From assembly GCF_964213995.1 (NCBI RefSeq), contig NC_135825.1, positions 12,152,001 to 12,216,000 on the forward strand: a DNA stretch of 64,000 nucleotides. The letters are read 5' to 3'. Position numbers and translations under genes: made by a program. Positions 47,353 through 60,269 of the stretch are shown here, in pieces. Under the pieces are notes generated by a model, which was not told where the DNA came from, ran no database searches, and saw only the letters and a program-made list of their open reading frames with translations. Each line of letters starts with the position of its first letter. Position 1 is the first letter of the stretch. Source of the DNA: Mustelus asterias (taxonomy: Eukaryota).

Positions 47353-47389
47353 CAGGCAGAGAAAAGATGACAAGAATCAGAATCCACAT
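47353..47389 (-). CDS. Gene B exon 1: signal peptide
   Basis: Identical to 10744-10780; ATG at 47389 and donor gtgagtaag. Confidence 0.9.
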
Positions 47390-49704
47390 TGTTATCTTGG
47401 CAATGTTTCGATCAGTATTTATCGTCTGTCACCCAGCTCTTTGTTGAGATGTTGAAAGGCGGATCCAATAAACTCTGATACGGAAACGAAATAAGATTGA
47501 AGAAAGCAGCAAGCCAGGCCTCAGGAAATTCCACCCTTCAGAAAGCTCCAGAACGGAGGTCCCAGCTGGCCACTGCTATCACTGGTTGTGCCAGCTCTAA
47601 AGATCCCTTTTAGCTGCTGATCTCCTTGTTCCAGCAGGCACAGCTCTATATCTGCACCTTTGGTGACCTTTGGACGGTTACTGTCTGGCTTTGACAGTGT
47701 CACTCAGTGTGGTTGTTGACATCATGGGAAATATGATTCACCCTGACACTTCCTGCACTATTGCTGAAAACAGAAAGGCCCAGAATTTGCTGAAAATACC
47801 ACAGTGTGTAAACTGGCCAATGAACTGAGACAATGAAGAGATGTCAAACGAAATAAACAGGCCACAGAATGTTCAGTCTCGTAACATCATCCTCCCTGGC
47901 CCAGAATGTGAACAATTATAAACTCTGGAGTTTCCCTTTCTCCTGGATTGAATTAATGACCTGGATTTTCCAATGAGAGGAACGGCGAAGGTTAACAAAC
48001 ATTCACTGTTATTATGGAGTAAATGAGGTGGTAAATATCATGGCTGATATTTTTCTCATCCCCATTCTCCTGCCTTTTCCCCATAACCCCTGACCCCCTT
48101 ATTAATCCAGAACCGATCTATCTCTGTCTTAGCACAGCCAATCCACCTAACCTACACATCTTTGGACACTAAGGGACAATTTAGCAACTCCCCTCCCCCC
48201 CCCCTTGCCCCCAGTCCCCCCCCCCCCTTTGCCCCCAAGTCCCACCCCCTTTGCCCCCAGTCCCCACCCCTTGCCCCCAGTCCTCCCCCTTTGCCCCCAG
48301 TCCCCCCCTTTGCCCCCAGTCCCCCCCCCCCCACTTTGCCCCCAGTTCAGAGAGGATGGTGGGTGCAATTGATAGGGGGAGGAGGGTCATGAATCAGGAA
48401 TGGTCCCTCCCACTTGTGAAAATTGAGGATTTGGGACTGAGTTTGACTATTGTTCAGTGAGCCAACTCCGGCACAATGAGCTGAATCAATTCCTTCTGTT
48501 CTGTAGTTTCTAGAGGGCGGGGGGTGATTCTCGTGATCTGCAACTTTTCCGGCCGGTCAGGCTGGGTGCTACGCGTCCTCGGCCTTTTTCTGGGATTTGC
48601 GCATGCGCCGGGAATACATGCGCTTCTCCCAGAGACGGAGAATAGTCGGAGTCCAGACCACGCTGGAAATCGGCGGGAAGACGGGTAAGTGATTTGCAAT
48701 TATCGGGAACTTGCCGGGCCCGATTGAATCTCCCACCCCACCAGGAGCACTTCATTCCGGCGGGGTTTAGAGAAGATCCCCACATTCGGGGAACTAGCGG
48801 GAGACCCCGCCGGAATGAAGGGCGCAACATCGGAGCCCCGCAGCGGGTCAGGTGCGGGGGTCAGGTGCCGCCCTGGGCATGGACACCCTGGCAGTGCCAG
48901 CCTGTGCCCCCGGCACTGCACAAGGTGCCAATTGTCCATGCCCAGAGAGTGCCTTGGCGCTGCCACTGGGCATCGGGCAATGACAAGGGGGCAAGGCCCA
49001 TTGTGGGTGGAGCCGAGGGGTAATCAGTGGGGGGAGTGTCCCGCTGCCACTCTGCATGGTGATCGGTCTGGGCTGGGTGGAAGCCAGCGATCAGGGCAGG
49101 CTGTGGCGTGGGGTGGGGGGGTTCTGCTGGGGTGAGGGTGAGGGTGGTGGTGGGATCGCCACCAATGGGTGGGTGTGCTGGTCATCGGGACGCTCTGGGG
49201 CGGGGGATGGGTCAGAGCTGGCCCAGGAATTGTCTTGAGGGCCGCGATCAAGGTGTGTGGGGGGCCTGAGGGACAGCACTGTGGGGGTCCCGGGCTGGCC
49301 AGCAAACGGGGAGACTGACAGATCGGGGCCACTGCACATGCTCAGAGTTCCGGAGCTGTCAGACTCCGGCGTGAATAGGCCCCGCCCCCTGGGTGTTTAA
49401 TAAGATTCCCGATTGTGACCTCAGCATTGCACAGAGTGCGGAGATTCGAGTGAGAAACTGCACTGAAAAAACAGTCGTGATCCAGAACAGTTTTCCCACA
49501 AATTCAGCACTTTTGGGAGAATCGCCCCCATAGGTTTGTAATATTCACTCCCTGATGCCTCTCTCTCTGGGGTAACTTGTCCGCACCATGGTGGAGCTGA
49601 TATGATCCCTGGTCATTCCTTCTTCAACCTGAATCATCTGATGTTCAATAAATGTAGCAACACCCGTGCTGTTTGCCTGTGATAAATTCTGTGTCAATGC
49701 TGAT

Positions 49705-50054
49705 GGATGATAGGAGCTGAGCTGCCCAAATGTCAAAGGAAAATGTGAAACAGCTGCCAGAACCATTTTGCAATTTATATATTATGAGGAAATATTCTGA
49801 AATCAGGAAGTCACTTGTCAGACCAATTATAATTATTATATATTAATGTTAAACACTTATTAAAATAAAGAGAAAATTATGCTGTTAACAATATTTTTAA
49901 ACCTTTCTGAACTGATCTTGGCTTAAATAATTCAGAGTAATGGATGATATTGGAATAGTGTAGATTAGAGGGGCTTTAGATTGGTTCCACTGGTCGGCGC
50001 AACATCGAGGGCCGAAGGGCCTGTACTGCGCTGTAATGTTCTATGTTCTATATA
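49705..50054 (+). mobile_element. Copy-2-specific composite insertion: AT-rich unique DNA plus a short CR1 3' tail
   Basis: Absent at the homologous site ~13099 (aatgctgat|cttctc). The 3' ~110 bp is a CR1 end (gggccgaagggcctgtactgcgctgtaatgttctatgttcta); TGAT is duplicated at the flanks. Confidence 0.8.
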
Positions 50055-53000
50055 TGATCTTCTCACTGCTGCAAACACAGCTCTGCATTTGGTATCTGAC
50101 ACCTATTGTACATTCACAGGGTTTCTGTCTCACACCACCCTGAGGATAGCAACACATTTTTCTTGCAGATTCAAACCATGAACATTGCAAGTTGCAGCAA
50201 ACATGAAGCCACATTTATTTCCAATGTCAATCTCTCTCTTTGCCTTTCTCATCAACCGTTAAAGAATTTGAGGAGTTAATGGAATATTGCTGTAAATTGG
50301 TGCTTATTTAGGATGGAGCCGTCACTCACAGAATTCTATACTCAATAAAAAATGATCAAACATTGGAATCATTTGGAAAATTCAGAACTCTGATTACAAT
50401 CTGTTACACGTGGGTAAGAACTTCACTCTGAGTAAATCTAAAGTTAGGTCTCTCACTGACCACAGCCTTGGGTGGAGAAACATGTTTATTTTTTATTATT
50501 AACTCATTCGTGGAATCAGCAACAACAGCAATAACTTTCTCTTTATAAAGTACCTTTCACTCAGCAAAACCTCCTCCGACATTTTACAGGAATGTCATCA
50601 GACAAGTGTTGCTGCTGAGGCAAAGATTAGAGGGGGGGAGGGGGGGCGATTCTCCCATTCCGACCCGTGAAGTTTTGGGCGCGTCGGGTTGGGAGATGTG
50701 CGTGTCGGCCATTTCGCGGGATCCCCGCGAGCGTTTACGACCCGCGGGCATCTCCCAACCGGAAAAAAAATGGCACCGTTGGGACCGCGCTGAAAACCGG
50801 CCTACCACTAATTTGCATCACTTACCATGCTTTCGCATGCTATTATTGGGAGTTACTGGCTGCTTTTTACATCTCCTCCATTAGCTTTGAGAAAATGGGG
50901 GATCTTTCTTAAACCCCCCTGACTTAATGTAATTGTAACATTTAACAATTAATTAGCCATTAAACGGGCCACAGAATGTTCAGTCTCGTCACATCAGCCT
51001 CCCTGGCCCAGAATGTGAACAATTATACACTCTGGAGTTTCACTCTCTCCTGTATTGAATTATTGACCTGGATTTTCCAATGAGAGGAACGGCGAAGGTT
51101 AACAACCATTCACTGTTATTATGGAGTAAATGAGGCGGTAAAGAGGGTACGCATGTGCAATTAGAATCATAGAATCATAAAATCATAGAATCATGCAGCA
51201 CAGAAAAGGTCCTTCAGCCAATCGAGTCCACATCGACACATTAGAAATATCTTAACCACCACCTAATGCCATCTGCCAGCACTTGGCCCCTCGCCATGAA
51301 TTTTATGATGTGTCAAGTGCTCATCCAGGTAATTTTTAATGGATGTGAGGCAACCTGCCTCTACCACCCCCCCAGGCAACGCATTCCAGACCATCACCAC
51401 CCTCTGGTTAAAAACGCTTTTCCTCACATCCCCCATAAACCTTCTGCCCCTCACCTTGAACCTGTGTCCCCTTGTGACTGACCCTTCAACGAAAGGGAAC
51501 AGCTGCTCCATTTCCACTCTGTGCATGTCCCCTGTAGTCTTGTACACCTCGATCAGGTCGCCTCTCAATCTTCTCTGCTCCAACGAAAACAACCCAATCC
51601 TATCCAACCTCTCTTCATAACTTAAATTTTCCGTCCCAGGCAGCATCCTGGTAAATTTCCTCTGCACCCCCTCCAGTGGAATTACATCCTTCTGATAATG
51701 AGGTGACCAGAACTGCACAATGTAGTCCTGCTGTGGCCTCACTAAAGTTCTATACAACTCCAACTTGACTTCCCTGCTTTTGTAATCTATGCCTCGACTG
51801 ACAAAGGCAAGTATCCCATTTATCTTTTTCACCACCCTACTAACATGCCCTTCAATCTTCAGAGATCTGTGGACAAACACGCCAAGGTCCCTTTGTTCTA
51901 CAGAACTTCCTTGTGTCCTAAAATTCATTGAGTACCTTCTGTCAAATTAATCCTTCTAAAGTGTATCAACTCACACTTTAAGGGTTAAATTCTATCTGCC
52001 ACTTATCTGGCCATTTGACCATTCTATCTGTATCTTCTTGTAGCCCAAGACACTCTGCCTCGCTGCTAACCACCCGTCCAATCTTTGTGTCAGCTGCAAA
52101 CGTACTAATCCTACCCCCCCACAGAGTCATCTATGTCATTTATATAAGTCACAAATAATAGGGGCCCAACACAGATCCCTGCGGTACGCCACTGGACACT
52201 GGCTTCCAGTCACTAAAGCAGCCTTCTGTCATCACCCTCTGTCTCCAACATTTTGAATTCACTTTATTAAATTACCCTGTACCCAATGTGCATTTACTAC
52301 TTTACAAGTCTCCCATGTGGGATCTTGCCATTCTGAAATGTACAAGTTGTGGCTCTAATTCCCCAGTTTCCCCAGAGGCTGTTCTATGCTGATACCTCAC
52401 TGATAGAGGCAGCATGGAAACTGATGTAAAGGCATGGGCCTGAATTTTATATCCTCCAAGGTCCAAGCAGGAGCTGAATGGGGCGGACTCGCCAGTCAGT
52501 CAGTGCTAGCATCAGAGAGGATGGTGGATACAATTGACAGGGGGAGAAGGGTCATGAGGCAGGGATGGTCCCTTTCAATAGTGCAGTGCTCCATGGGCAG
52601 ATGATGCCAACAATCCAGTCCTCCAACACTGGCATACAGACAGGGAAATCCCAGTTGTCTCACCATGTGACCTGTTCATTATTGGAGATTTTAAAATTTG
52701 TTCAGGAACTTAAAAAATTGTTTTATTGTTATTTAGTTTTCATGGGAAATGAGTATTGCTGGCGAAGACAGCATTCATTCCCCATCATTAATTTCCCTTG
52801 ACAAGGTGGGGGTATGCCACTGTCTTGTACAGCAGGAAATGCAGCAACACCCGTGCTGTTTGCCTGTGACAAATTCTGTGTCAATGCTGATCTTCTCGCT
52901 GCTGCAAACACAGCTCTGCATTTGGTATCTGACACCTATTGTACATTCACAGGGTTTCTATCTCACACCACCCTGAGGACAGCAACACATTTTTCTTGCA

Positions 53001-56000
53001 GTTTCAAACCATGAACATTGCAAGTTGCAGCAAACATGAACCCACGTTTATTTCCAATGTCAATCTCTCTCTTTGCCTTTCTCATCAACCGTTAAAGAAT
53101 TTGAGGAGTTAATGGAATATTGCTATAAATTGGTGCTTATTTCGGATGAATCCGTCACTCACAGAATTCTATACTCAATAAAAAATGATCAAACATTGGA
53201 ACCATTTGGAAAATTCAGAACTCTGAGTACACGTGGGTACTCTGTTACACGTGGGTAAGAACTTCACTCTGAGTAAATCTGAAGTTAGAACTCTCACTGA
53301 CCACAGCCTTGGATGGAGAAACATGTTTATTTTTTATTATTAACTCATTTGTAGAATCAACAACAACAGCAATAACTTGTTCTTTTTAAAGGGCCTTTCA
53401 CTCATAGAATTTTGCAGTGCAGATGGAGGCCATTCGGTCCATCAAGCCGACACAATGCCACCCAGATCCTATCCCTATAACTCCACATATTTACCCTGCT
53501 AATCCCCTGACACAATGGGGCAATTTAACATGGGCAATGAATCTAACCTTCACATCTTTGCATTGTGGGATGAAACCGGAGCGCCTGGAGGAAATTCACA
53601 CAGACCACGGGGAGGACATTGTGCAAACTCCACACTGCCAGTCACCCAAGTTCGGAATTGAACCTGGGCACCTGGCACTGTGAGGCAGCAGTGCTAACCA
53701 CTGTGCCACCGTACTGCCCGGTAAAACCTCCTCAGGCATTTTATGACATCAGACAAGTGCTGTTGCTGAGGCAAAGATTAGATCAAAGAGACTGGTCAGT
53801 TTTAGGGAGAGGTTGCTGGAGTTTTGCATCTAGACAATTGGAAACATTACTGTTAGCGGTGTGGTGAAGAATTGGAAATACACGAGAAGCCACGGCTGGG
53901 GGAACATAAGATTCGCAGAAACATTTGTAAAGATAGGGACTGACGAGAACATGGAGAAATTTGAATAGGAGAATGAGAATTTAATATTGAGTTTATTTGA
54001 TTTTGGGAACCACTCAATGAGCACATACACATGAGTGAAGGGCACCCGACAGGTGTCACAACAATATGTCATGTGAGATATGGAATAACACTCTTTAAAT
54101 TTATCACCTGGACAGATATGCGCTGAAACTCATTAAAGGGGCTTTTGCCGAGCAAAGTCACGACATACAAACACACAAATTAGGAACAGGAGGAGGCCAT
54201 TCAGCCCCTCATGCCTAATCTGTCATTCAATGATATCATGGCTGATCTGATTGTGACCTCAGCTTTATATCCCACTGACCCTGATAATCATTGACTTCCT
54301 TGTTAGTCTAGAATCTTCCAAGCCTCATCTGAAAAATATTTATTGACTCTGCCTCCACCACTCTCTGGGAAAGAGAGTTCCAATAATTCACAACCCTCTG
54401 AGAGAAAATAAATCTTCTCATCTCTGTCTTCAATGGGAGAAACCTTATATTTAAATGGTGTTGGTGAGTTGTAGCGTCTCTCAGCATCCACCCTGTCGTG
54501 TCCTCCATTAAGGGACCAGACCAGACACTCCAAGGTGTTTCATAAAGTTAGCCGAGACCCAAACTTTTAGATTTGATTTTGGAATTAGGGTGAGCATAAG
54601 GTGTTTTACTCCAGGTATGATTCAAGTGACCCACGAGGAAACTTTAGTCAAAACTAACTTTATTTAAGAAACAGTTAGAATAGAGCAAAAAAGAATTAGC
54701 ATAACTTTTACCAAGTAAAATACTTAAACATGACAAAGTATAATTTTTACAAGCTAGCTATCGCTATTGTTCCAATTTAGCACATCCCCCAGTCAGACAT
54801 AAATCCCATCTTGAGAAACAGTTCGCAAAGAAAGCAAATATGCTTCATGAACACTTGGTTTCCAGCCTTTTAATACCTCTCGACAAACATCAGGACAGCA
54901 CTTTCTAGAGAAGGATATATTCCAAACAACAGAACTTCAGAGAAGTAAACCTAATCTGTGGCAACTCCCAGTCTTCAGACTTCAGAATTGGAAATGGATT
55001 CCTCACTCTGCAGCTTCCAAAACATCACCTTCTCAGTGAAAGAGACTTGCTTCCTGGCAAATTCCAGTCTCCAACTTCAGAGAGGGAAACTGAAAGGCAC
55101 GACTCTCTAACAACTCAAAGCAGAATTTGACTTGATCTTTCTGTGTAAACCTAGCTCCACCTAGTGATACGACTGTACCTATCACTTAACCTAATCAAGC
55201 CCTACTCTGCAAAACCCCAGGGGCCCACTGAAAATCAAACAGAAAAACATTAGTCCAGATTAAAACAAACATCCTTGCAATTAGGAGCAATTATGCTGCT
55301 GCAGTAACAACACACTGCTGCTGGACAAAGCGGCATGGATAACAAAAAGAATCTGCGAAAACAGACCTGCATAAGAAACGTAACAATACATTCCTTAATT
55401 CACAATATTTTCGCATGAGCCAATCCTCTATCCATGCATGAATATTCCCTACAAAACCATCTTGCGTATTAACCTTTTGTATGGTACCTTATCAAATGCC
55501 TTTTGAAAATCCAAATATACAACATCGACTGGTTCTCCTCTATCTACTCTGATTGATACCTCTTCAAATAACTCTAGTAAATTTGCCATTCATGACTTTC
55601 CCTTCATGAACCCAATCTGACTCTGCCTGATCACATTATAACTTTCCAAAGGCCCTGATATTCTTTCCTTAATAATTGATTCTGACATTTATCCAACAAC
55701 TAAATTTAAACTAATCCAGGGAATTTCCCATTCTGAGGTTATACAGGCACATTGTTCCATCCTGGGAAAGTGGAATATATCATTGGAGCGACTGGTATCC
55801 AGTGCATGGAAAAATCATGTTGCCAATTCCTTCCAGAATTTGTTCATCTTTAAATTGACAAAGATTAAGATAAGAATATGAAACAAGAAATGTAGACATT
55901 TAATCAGCAAACAGATCAATTATTCTCCAGATGTCGATATACAACCTGAAGGTCACAGCCACTGTTTGGATTTTGATTCCTCCACTAAATTTTTGATCCA

Positions 56001-56621
56001 AATCATGTTGGTTGGTTTTTGTTTTTTTATTAGTGTCACAAGTCGGCTTACATTAACATTGCAATGAAATTACTGAGAAAATCCCCCAGTCGCCACACTC
56101 CGGCGCCAGTTCGGGTCACTGAGCGAGAATTCAGCATGGCCAATGCACCCGAACCAACACAACTTTCAGACTTCATTTAATAATGAAAAAACATACTATT
56201 ATGTAGATTTGTTAAAAGAAATGTTCAAAGCTGGATGAGGATTGAATATTTGACCAGGATGCAAAATTGCTTCGATGTAGATGGAATCCCAGAATCTTCA
56301 TTTTCCCACTTTGGTCCAACTGTGAGAATTGGATTCATTGAGTGACTGGAAAAGAAAATCATCAGATTCATTGAGATTGGGAGAACAATGCATCAATTGA
56401 CATTTCAGTCTTGAACAGAATTCTGGAAATGGCAACAATTTGGGGCAGTTTCGAGATCACATTGATCGCCCTTTGCATGTGCGCTGGGAAACACTCGTTT
56501 GGATCCTTCATGAAGACACGTAACCTTATTTACCCACAGAAAACCAATGTTCCCCTGCTGCTGTGATTATGGACAATTGACTGGAGAAATTGATTGCTCT
56601 GTCCATGTTTCTAAAAATATT

Positions 56622-56783
56622 TTATACAGTCCAGTTGGTGCTTCCAGCAACAACATCATTGGGTCTGTGTCTCAGCCTCTTACTGCTGTCTGAATCATTT
56701 GAAATCTCTTCCAGTTCCTGTCCAGAAACAGTCAGCCCTGTTGCCTTTTTATAGCCTTTCCAATTTCCTTCCTTATTCTTTTG
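56622..56783 (-). CDS. Gene C predicted cytoplasmic exon (paralogue of 19655-19816)
   Basis: Same acceptor and stop; ISNYADS has become ISNDSDS. Confidence 0.55.
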   Translation of the reverse strand, partial: QKNKEGNWKGYKKATGLTVSGQELEEISNDSDSSKRLRHRPNDVVAGSTNWTV

Positions 56784-58358
56784 CTGACAGTTTAATAAGA
56801 TTGGATGGTAAGATGGAAGGGTTCTTCCATGGATGGGTTACACAGGAACACAGTAACAAGAGCAGCTCATTCAGCCCCTCGAGCCTGTCACACCAACCTG
56901 CAACTCCACACAGACACTCACCCAAGACCAAAATCGAACCTGGGTCCCTGTCTTATCTAATCCCAGCTGTGAGAATTCTAATTGGCCCAGCATCCACAGA
57001 TTTTAGGATGGATTAGTTCCAGATTTCCATGACTAGCTGTGTGAAAATAATGCTTCCTAATTTTACTCCTAAGTATCTAAGCCCTCACTTTTGGGTTATG
57101 GCCCCGTGTACTCCATCTCCCCACTGGGCAAAGAGTTTCTCTGTACCCACCATACTGAATCCCATAAAAACTTCAATCACCGATCCCAGCAACCTCCAAG
57201 TGTGAGGAAATGCAGCAAATTTGTGCAATCTCTGCACATAATTTACTCCATTCTTCCCTGTATCATTCTGATGTATTGATATTGCAGAGATGATGGTTTA
57301 GTGTCAATGTCACTGGGCTAGTAATCCAGAGGTTGATAGTAAAGTGCTGGGAACATGATTTCAACATAGTAGCTGGTGGAATATAAATGCAATGAATTCA
57401 ATTTCAATTGATGAATGAATCTGGAATTGAAAATCTGACCAATGGTGACCAGGAAGCTTGTCATCAATTGCTGTAAAAACCCATCTGGTTGGTTGGGGAT
57501 GGTGATAAACGGTCATAAATTGTCATAAATCCTCACTGATATCCGTCAGGGAAGGATATCTGTTTTCCTGATGCAGTCTGACCTCCATGTGACCCCAGAC
57601 CCACCGTGATGTGTTTGATTCCTAACTGTCTTCTGAAATGGCCGAGCAAGCCACTCGGATCTGGCAATTAGGGATGGGCAACAATTCTGCCCTTGCCAGT
57701 GACGTCCACATCCCGTGAAATAGAACAAAAAGACACTGCATCCCTTCCGAGGCCAATATTTTGTTCCTGTGATTCGGACACCATCCAGAACAAACAATTC
57801 AACATTGCATTATAAAATCCTCCAGTGATAAAGTGAAACTTCCATTTATGAGTGGAAGTTATCCTGGACAAAGTCAGCTGATCACTTCAGGATGGATGCA
57901 GCTGCAACAAGGATCAGGAACATTGACACAATCGAAAACAAACAGTCCCCTTGATCTTTCCTACATAACATCAGCAACACTTCAAAACCAAACCATATAA
58001 AATGTAAGATACTTTGGGTGGACTTTCCACCCAAGTTCCTCTGGTGGGGTGAGGGAGGGAGGAGGGCGGAGGGGGCTGGACAAGAGCAGAAGATCTCGCG
58101 AGAGCCCCCAATCATGTTATTACTTTGATGGGAAGTCTCTTTGTGATTGTCCCCAGCTCCCATCACTGACATCACAGGATTCCCAACGTTGAACAACATA
58201 ATCAATTTGCATGTCATTATCAAGACCTGGCACCTGATCAACCCCCGCTCCCCCCACACCCCCCAACCCTCACTTCCACTGTTCGATGATCCACTCACAT
58301 CAGTGTGAGGGCACACTGGTGTGCATTATGATTGATGGCCATGGCATGTACCAGGAGG

Positions 58359-59301
58359 AAGTCTCACAACACCAGGTTAAAGTCCAACAGGTTTATTTGG
58401 TAGCACAAGCCACTAACTTTTGGAGCGCTGCCCCTTCATCAGGAGAGTGGGAGTTCTGTTCACAAACAGGGCATATAAAGAGACAAACTCAATTTACAAA
58501 ATAATTGTTGGAATGGGAGTCTTTACAGATAATCAAGTCTTAAAGGTACAGACAAGGTGAGTGGAGAGAGGGTTAAGCACAGGTTAAAGTGATGTGTATT
58601 GTCTCCAGCCAGGACCACCAGTTACACGGTACATACTCTTGCAACTCGGCCAACGTTGTCTACCTGATACGCTGCAGGAAAGGATGTTCCGAGGCATGGT
58701 ACATTGGGGAGACCATGCAGACACGATGACAACGGATGAATGAACAATGCTCAACAATTGCCAGGTAAGAGTGTTCTCTTCCTGTTGGGGAGCACTTCAG
58801 CAGTCACAGGCATTCGGCCTCTGATCTTCGGGTAAGCGCTCTCCAAGACGGCCTACATTACACACGACAGCGCAGAGTCGCTGAGCACAGACTGGTAGCC
58901 AAGTTCCGCATACAGGAGAACGGCCTCAACCGGGATCTTGGGTTCATGTCACACTATCTGTAACCCCCATGACTTGCCTGGGCTTGCAAAATCTCACTAA
59001 CTGTCCTGGCTGGAGACAATACATATCTCTTTAACCTGTGCTTAACCCTCTCTCCACTCACATTGTCTGTACCTTTAACACTTGATTACCTGTAAAATCT
59101 CACATTCCAACCATTATTTTGTAAATTGAGTTTGTCTCTTTATATGTCCTGTTTGTGAACAGAACTCCCACCTCCCTGATGAAGGGGCAGCGCTCCGAAG
59201 ACCAGTGTCTTGTGCTACCAAATAAACCTGTCAGACTTTAAGCTAGTGTTGTGAGATTCCTTACTGTGTTTACCCCAGTCCAACGCCCTCATCTCCACAG
59301 T
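58359..59301 (+). mobile_element. Penelope-like element, 5'-truncated with an inverted pLTR and GIY-YIG remnant; 13-bp TSD
   Basis: Plus strand ~58640-58963 translates CNSANVVYLIRCRKGCSEAWYIGET...GEHF...NGLNRDLGFMSHYL* (with stops), a GIY-YIG endonuclease C-terminal part. Arms 58359-58615 and 59003-59258 are inverted. TSD ATGTACCAGGAGG at 58346-58358 and 59302-59314. Confidence 0.9.
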
Positions 59302-59369
59302 ATGTACCAGGAGGGCAGACCCACTGCAGATGCTCAGGTGAGTGCATCGCTCAAGTTACTATCAAGGAG

Positions 59370-59805
59370 CAGTGTCCATTCAGTGCCAGGGGTCAGTGCC
59401 AGGGTCAGTGTCCATGCAGTGCCAGGGGTCAGTGCCAGTGACAGCGTCCATGCAGTGCCGGGGTCAGTGCCAGGGTCAGTGTCCATGCAGTGCCAGGGGT
59501 CAGTGCCAGCGTCAGTGTCCATGCAGTGCCAGGGGTCAGTGCCAGTGACAGCGTCCATGCAGTGCCAGGGGTCAGTGCCAGGGTCAGTGTCCATGCAGTG
59601 CCAGGGGTCAGTGCCAGGGTCAGTGTCCATGCAGTGCCAGGGGTCAGTGCCAGTGACAGCGTCCATGCAGTGCCAGGGGTCAGTGCCAGGGTCAGTGTCC
59701 ATTCAGTGCCAGGGGTCAGTGCCAGTGTCAGTGTCCATGCAGTGCCAGGGGTCACAACTGGGGCAGCGTCCATGCAGTGTCAGGGGTCAGTGCCAGAGGC
59801 AGTGT
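59370..59805 (+). repeat. CAGTGC-based minisatellite, shorter paralogue (~435 bp)
   Basis: Same building blocks as 21633-22520 with different unit variants. Confidence 0.95.
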
Positions 59806-60169
59806 CGGGGGGCAGGGCGGGGGTGTGGAGGGGGGGGGGGGCGGTGCATGAGGTTGTGCAAGGGGAGGGGGGTTCCATTTTCACTTTTGTGCATCAAGTT
59901 GACTTTCAAAAATATCATTTTGATCTTGAAGAAACTGAAATTTCTGGTGGGATGGGCAGTATCCTGTCCCTTCAACATTTATACACATATTCTTCACCAT
60001 ATTTCTTCACCGCCTCTTTTCCTGCCCCTGCCACACTTGGAAATGAAAGGTAAAATTCCCCCCTGTGTTTAGTCCTGTGGACATTGACATCAATGCAAGT
60101 TTCTCTGCACAATATCTGTGATAATTACAAAGTGCTCAGAATGATGGTTGTAAAGTCCATAATCCTCAC

Positions 60170-60269
60170 CTGAGATTTTCTCGTGAACCATGTGACCGAA
60201 ATCACACAAATCACCAGGAGGGTAAAGAGCCCCCAGCGAATCACATTCCAGATGAAGAAACTGAGCAAA
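60170..60269 (-). CDS. Gene C transmembrane exon (SLLSFFIWNVIRWGLFTLLVICVISVTWFTRKSQ)
   Basis: Same splice sites as 22877-22976; two non-synonymous changes. Confidence 0.85.
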
